A stretch of DNA of 64,000 nucleotides from Bacteroidota bacterium (GTDB lineage: Bacteria; Bacteroidota; Bacteroidia; Flavobacteriales; Flavobacteriaceae): NCBI GenBank assembly GCA_024279425.1, contig JAJRRO010000133.1:20759-84758 (forward strand). Direction: 5' to 3'. The notes below the pieces were generated by a model, which had not been told where the DNA came from, did not search any database, and saw only the letters and a list, made by a program, of their open reading frames with translations. A program made the translations under genes and the position numbers. Positions 60,510 through 64,000 of the stretch are shown in pieces (position 1 is the stretch's first letter; each line of letters starts with the position of its first letter).

Positions 60510-62063
60510 TTACTCTTCTCTAGGCAAACGTGAATCCTTCTCTGCAATTTGATAAACAAGTGCTGCAATTACAGTTGCATTAATCATCATATCACGTTCT
60601 GGAACATATTCTAAAGTATCTAAATTAGTGTGATGCGTTACTGTTGAATAGTTTAACTTATCTTGAATTATCTGAAATCCAGGTATCTTGTAATAATCGA
60701 AAACATCATGATCTGTAAAATTTGTGTTCTGTATGGTTAGATTATCAACATCCAAATGGGCATAGGGTTCTAACATTTCTTCAAAAATAGGTTTTACCGC
60801 TTCGTTTCCTTGCAAATATATACCCCGCATTTGACCAGCACCATTATCCATATTTATATATGCCGAAATTTTTTCAACCTCTTTTTTTCTAGTAGTTTCT
60901 TTTACTTTTCCATAGTGATTTTCTGCATATGCCATAGAACCTAAATACCCTTGCTCCTCGCCTCCCCAAAGTGCAATTCTAATAGTTCGCTTTGGTTTTA
61001 ATCCAGAAGCTTTAATAATTCGCATAACTTCCATCATAACGGCAGAACCTGCTCCATTATCTGTTGCTCCAGATGCAGGATGCCAAGAGTCAAAATGTGC
61101 GCCAATCATAACAACTTCGTCTTTTAATTTTTGATCTGAACCAGTAATTTCTGCTATAATATTCACATTATTTTCAGGTTTTAAATAAAGTTCTGAATCT
61201 AAATGGAATTTAATTTTTGGATTAATTTCTCTATCTATCAAGCGTTTTAATTTTCCGAAACTTTCTGGAGAAATCGCAAAAAATGGAACTGGTTTTACAT
61301 GACTTTCTCTAAAATTATAAGTACCACTTGGATGAACAATACCTGGAAAAAAAGGTGTAGTTCCTAAAATACTTAAAGCTCCTTCTGCTTTTAAGAATGC
61401 AAAAAAGGCATCGTCCTTTCTCATAAGACTTTCGAAAATAACCTCTAAATCTTCAACTAAATCAATATCTCCAGCAGATGGTCCTAAAGGTTTACTCGGT
61501 ACAGGTACAATTGATTTTTCAGCTTCCTCAATTTGGTCTTCCGTAAATCGTGTTGAAAGTGCATCAAATAACATATTTTGTTTTGGAGCCGATCCAATTA
61601 ATATGGTCTTCCCTTGTAATTTTCCGCTCCATTGTTTTTTTACTTTTTCTAAATCAGAATGACTTTCAATCCAAATCAAATCACCTATTTGCACACCATT
61701 AGAGCTTTCTGTCCAAGCATAAGGATAGGCTTGTATTTTCATATAAGCAGGTTCTGTCATTTCTACATTAAATGATTTTACTTCCCAACCCATACAATCA
61801 TCACAATAGTTTTCGAAATACACCTTATCTACTCCCCAATTTTTCAAGGTTTTCTTTGCCCATTCGGCCGCAGTATAATACTGATTTGTTCCTGTTAACC
61901 GAGGACCATAAACATCAGATAAGTCAGAAATTAGACTCATGACTTGCGATTTCTGAAAGCCTTCTGTATTAATTTTAGAAAGTGCTTGAAATTTTGTTTG
62001 GCCGATTGCAGAGAATGCTACAAAAAGGAATGCTGTAATAAAAATTTTAGAAAAGATTTTCAT
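60510..62063 (-). CDS. Secreted M28-family aminopeptidase with a PA domain (low-GC gene)
   Basis: Metal ligands in HFDSW, DNGAGSA, GGEEQG and a C-terminal H. Codon usage is visibly AT-richer than the rest of the window. Confidence 0.8.
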   Translation of the reverse strand: MKIFSKIFITAFLFVAFSAIGQTKFQALSKINTEGFQKSQVMSLISDLSDVYGPRLTGTNQYYTAAEWAKKTLKNWGVDKVYFENYCDDCMGWEVKSFNVEMTEPAYMKIQAYPYAWTESSNGVQIGDLIWIESHSDLEKVKKQWSGKLQGKTILIGSAPKQNMLFDALSTRFTEDQIEEAEKSIVPVPSKPLGPSAGDIDLVEDLEVIFESLMRKDDAFFAFLKAEGALSILGTTPFFPGIVHPSGTYNFRESHVKPVPFFAISPESFGKLKRLIDREINPKIKFHLDSELYLKPENNVNIIAEITGSDQKLKDEVVMIGAHFDSWHPASGATDNGAGSAVMMEVMRIIKASGLKPKRTIRIALWGGEEQGYLGSMAYAENHYGKVKETTRKKEVEKISAYINMDNGAGQMRGIYLQGNEAVKPIFEEMLEPYAHLDVDNLTIQNTNFTDHDVFDYYKIPGFQIIQDKLNYSTVTHHTNLDTLEYVPERDMMINATVIAALVYQIAEKDSRLPREE

Positions 62064-62300
62064 AATGTGAATAATGAATTATTTGGTTACAAAGTAATAA
62101 ATTAATAAAAAATAACGAAAGCACAATAACACCTATAATTCATTACGGGCGGGATTTCTAATTGAAATTCCCGCAACGAAATCATAGCCTAGACCGATGC
62201 GGAACATTCGGTGAAAAGGCCGACCCAATTTGCTACGTTGTCCGCTATCACTCCCAACTCCCACACATCGAGTGAAAACGTCCACCATCATCGGCTACAA

Positions 62301-62324
62301 GCATCCCGATATCTATCGGGATGC
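62301..62324. repeat. Inverted repeat GCATCCCGATA-tc-TATCGGGATGC (copy 3 of the CCCGATA-N2-TATCGGG family)
   Basis: 11-bp arms inside the 372-bp divergent intergenic region. Confidence 0.6.
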
Positions 62325-62435
62325 CAAGCTCTACTGTATTTTTTGGTTTTTGTGTACCTTCGATACACAACACCAAAAAAATCCTAAGCTTAACTACGTG
62401 TAGCCCTGCGTTAGCCTTCATTAAAACAAGAAAAC

Positions 62436-63281
62436 ATGGGGAAATTAAGAACAAAAGTTTCGTTTCATTTAATAATGATATTGGGATTTATATTTATTTG
62501 TAATTCTGTTAAGTCACAGATATTTACTCCAAATAAGGGGAAATTTATTACTGTAAATGAAGCGAAAATATATTATGAAGAATATGGAGAGGGAAAACCT
62601 GTTATTCTTTTGCATCATTTTATGTCGACTGGAACAGATGGATGGTCGTCTTATATTCCATCACTTGCAAAAAATTACAAAGTTATTGTCCCAGACTTAA
62701 GAGGTCATGGAAAATCGACAGACCCAAAATCCAACAATCCTTGGAAAATAGATAATAGTGCATCTGATTTACTTGTTTTTTTAGATTCTTTGAATATCAC
62801 TAAAGTATCTGCAATCGGTGGAAGTGCTGGTGCTTCTACACTACTTAATGCAGCTACTGTTCAACCAGAACGTTTTGAGGCATTAGTGATAGTTGGAGGT
62901 TCTCCTTTTCGTAGCAAAGAATTCCGTGACTGGATTCTTAGAAGTTGGTCTGACGAGATTTCTACTGGTTTCATTGAACTTCATGGAAATGAAAAAGCTA
63001 ATATTCTTAATCGGCAATTTAGAGAAATTGCAAATCAATATCGAGATCATGAACTCACTCCTAATAGACTTAATAGGATAACAGCACGCACCTTAATTGT
63101 TCATGGAGATAACGACCCTATTATTCCTGTTGACTATGCTTGGGAGGTTTACAAAGCAATTTCTGACTCACATTTGTGGATTGTTCCTAATGGAGGTCAC
63201 TTACCGTATTTATACCCATCAAACAAATCTGATTTCACAAAACGAATTCAGGAGTTTCTTTTAACTCCAAAGAATGATTAA
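62436..63281 (+). CDS. Secreted alpha/beta-fold hydrolase (low-GC gene)
   Basis: Signal peptide, HGxG-like oxyanion region (LLHHF), nucleophile elbow GGSAGAS, C-terminal His. Confidence 0.75.
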   Translation: MGKLRTKVSFHLIMILGFIFICNSVKSQIFTPNKGKFITVNEAKIYYEEYGEGKPVILLHHFMSTGTDGWSSYIPSLAKNYKVIVPDLRGHGKSTDPKSNNPWKIDNSASDLLVFLDSLNITKVSAIGGSAGASTLLNAATVQPERFEALVIVGGSPFRSKEFRDWILRSWSDEISTGFIELHGNEKANILNRQFREIANQYRDHELTPNRLNRITARTLIVHGDNDPIIPVDYAWEVYKAISDSHLWIVPNGGHLPYLYPSNKSDFTKRIQEFLLTPKND

Positions 63282-63442
63282 AATGTAACTCAAATTATCA
63301 AAAGAATTAAAAAATTATAATAACGAAAGGCTAGTCGAGTAAGCCAGGGGGATTTCACCCCTAACTTCTCACAGAACCGTACGTGAACCTCTCGATTCAT
63401 ACGGCTCTTATTATGTAGTCAATAGTTAGGTCAACTGATAAC

Positions 63443-63490
63443 CGTCTTTGTTTAAAACAAAGACGACTTGATTAAACTCAAGTCGTCTTT
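63443..63490. terminator. Two overlapping hairpins between the convergent hydrolase and glycyl-tRNA synthetase genes (bidirectional terminator)
   Basis: CGTCTTTGTTT-aaa-ACAAAGACG overlaps AAGACGACTTGA-ttaaa-CTCAAGTCGTCTTT. A T-rich tract follows on the plus strand. Confidence 0.6.
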
Positions 63491-63516
63491 CTATTTTATA
63501 AAAACCCATCTGATAA

Positions 63517-64000
63517 TTACGCCATCCTCTGCAACCAGGACTTCATATCAACCTCTTTGGCAATAATCGCTCTTAAATCGGTAATGGCAACCCGGTTTTG
63601 TTCCATGGTATCTCGGTGTCGAATAGTCACGGTCTCGTCTTCCAGCGTTTGATGATCAACAGTGATACAGAATGGCGTTCCTGCCGCATCCTGCCTTCTA
63701 TAACGACGGCCTATCGCATCTTTTTCATCATAGATTACATTGAAATCCCATTTTAGATCATCAATGATTTTATGGGCTACTTCTGGGAGTCCATCTTTTT
63801 TAACCAATGGCAGTACGGCTGCTTTGGTGGGTGCCAATACTGCAGGGAGTCTTAATACGGTTCTTGTCGTATTGTTTTCCAATTCCTCTTCTTGTAATGA
63901 ATGGGAGAAAATAGCCAAGAACATACGATCCAGACCAATGGAAGTCTCCACAACATAAGGCACATAGTTTTCCTTGAGTTCTGGGTCAAAATATTGCAAT
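63517..64000 (-). CDS. glyQS: Glycine--tRNA ligase (class II, dimeric type): C-terminal anticodon-binding part. The 5' portion lies beyond the window end.
   Basis: The C-terminal domain ...VLRLPAVLAPTKAAVLPL...TVTIRHRDTMEQ matches the GlyRS anticodon-binding domain. The ORF stays open to position 64000. Confidence 0.85.
   Translation of the reverse strand, partial: LQYFDPELKENYVPYVVETSIGLDRMFLAIFSHSLQEEELENNTTRTVLRLPAVLAPTKAAVLPLVKKDGLPEVAHKIIDDLKWDFNVIYDEKDAIGRRYRRQDAAGTPFCITVDHQTLEDETVTIRHRDTMEQNRVAITDLRAIIAKEVDMKSWLQRMA

Noticed and set aside
62190-62300. FMN riboswitch-like fragments (GGTGAAAAGGCCGAC, GAGTGAAAACGTCCACC)
   Set aside because: The blocks are in the wrong order and spacing for an RFN element, and no flavin gene is adjacent. 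Kept only as an unexplained GC-rich structured region.

Overview
This 64-kb window is a chromosomal segment from a Flavobacteriia-class Bacteroidota genome, probably a marine Flavobacteriaceae. The gliding-motility genes gldD and gldE next to ssb and mutY support that placement, as do four TonB-dependent receptors, TAnnTTTG-type -7 promoter boxes, the absence of Shine-Dalgarno sequences and an overall GC content near 40%. Coding density is high: about 60 genes, mostly housekeeping. These include ahcY, rpmA and rplU, a pair of M16 peptidases, rng, recX, atpDC, glmS, panCD, radA, xth and the 3' end of the glycyl-tRNA synthetase gene.

The most unusual locus is a tightly overlapping minus-strand operon at 5.2-8.2 kb. 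It encodes an MTH1187/YkoF-family small binding protein, a PnuC-family transporter, a NadR-type P-loop ribosylnicotinamide-kinase-like ATPase and a 512-aa DUF4301 protein. That protein carries the motifs of a UDP-sugar-pyrophosphorylase (UDPGP) fold. Immediately downstream sits a clear TPP (THI-box) riboswitch controlling a TonB-dependent receptor. The layout suggests an uncharacterised transporter-kinase-nucleotidyltransferase salvage module for a vitamin or riboside (thiamine or NR related). In it, the usual NMNAT or TPK activity is replaced by an unrelated nucleotidyltransferase fold.

A second notable locus is an atypical biotin cluster (bioF, a DUF2007/zinc-ribbon protein, bioD, bioA, a FabF-like KAS, bioB). 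No bioC, bioG, bioH, bioW, bioI or bioZ is visible in this window. An antisense GT39 gene and an NfeD/flotillin pair are inserted in it.

Smaller observations:
- A CCCGATA-N2-TATCGGG inverted repeat occurs three times in intergenic regions, once inside the riboswitch P3 stem.
- L21 (rplU) carries a KA-repeat plus Rho_N-like C-terminal extension.
- A 29-aa bS22-like basic peptide ORF is missing from the ORF track.
- One protein has plant-type leucine-rich repeats.
- A roughly 3-kb low-GC patch (M28 peptidase and alpha/beta hydrolase) contains a GC-rich, possibly structured intergenic element.

No tRNA or rRNA genes, CRISPR arrays or obvious mobile elements were found.
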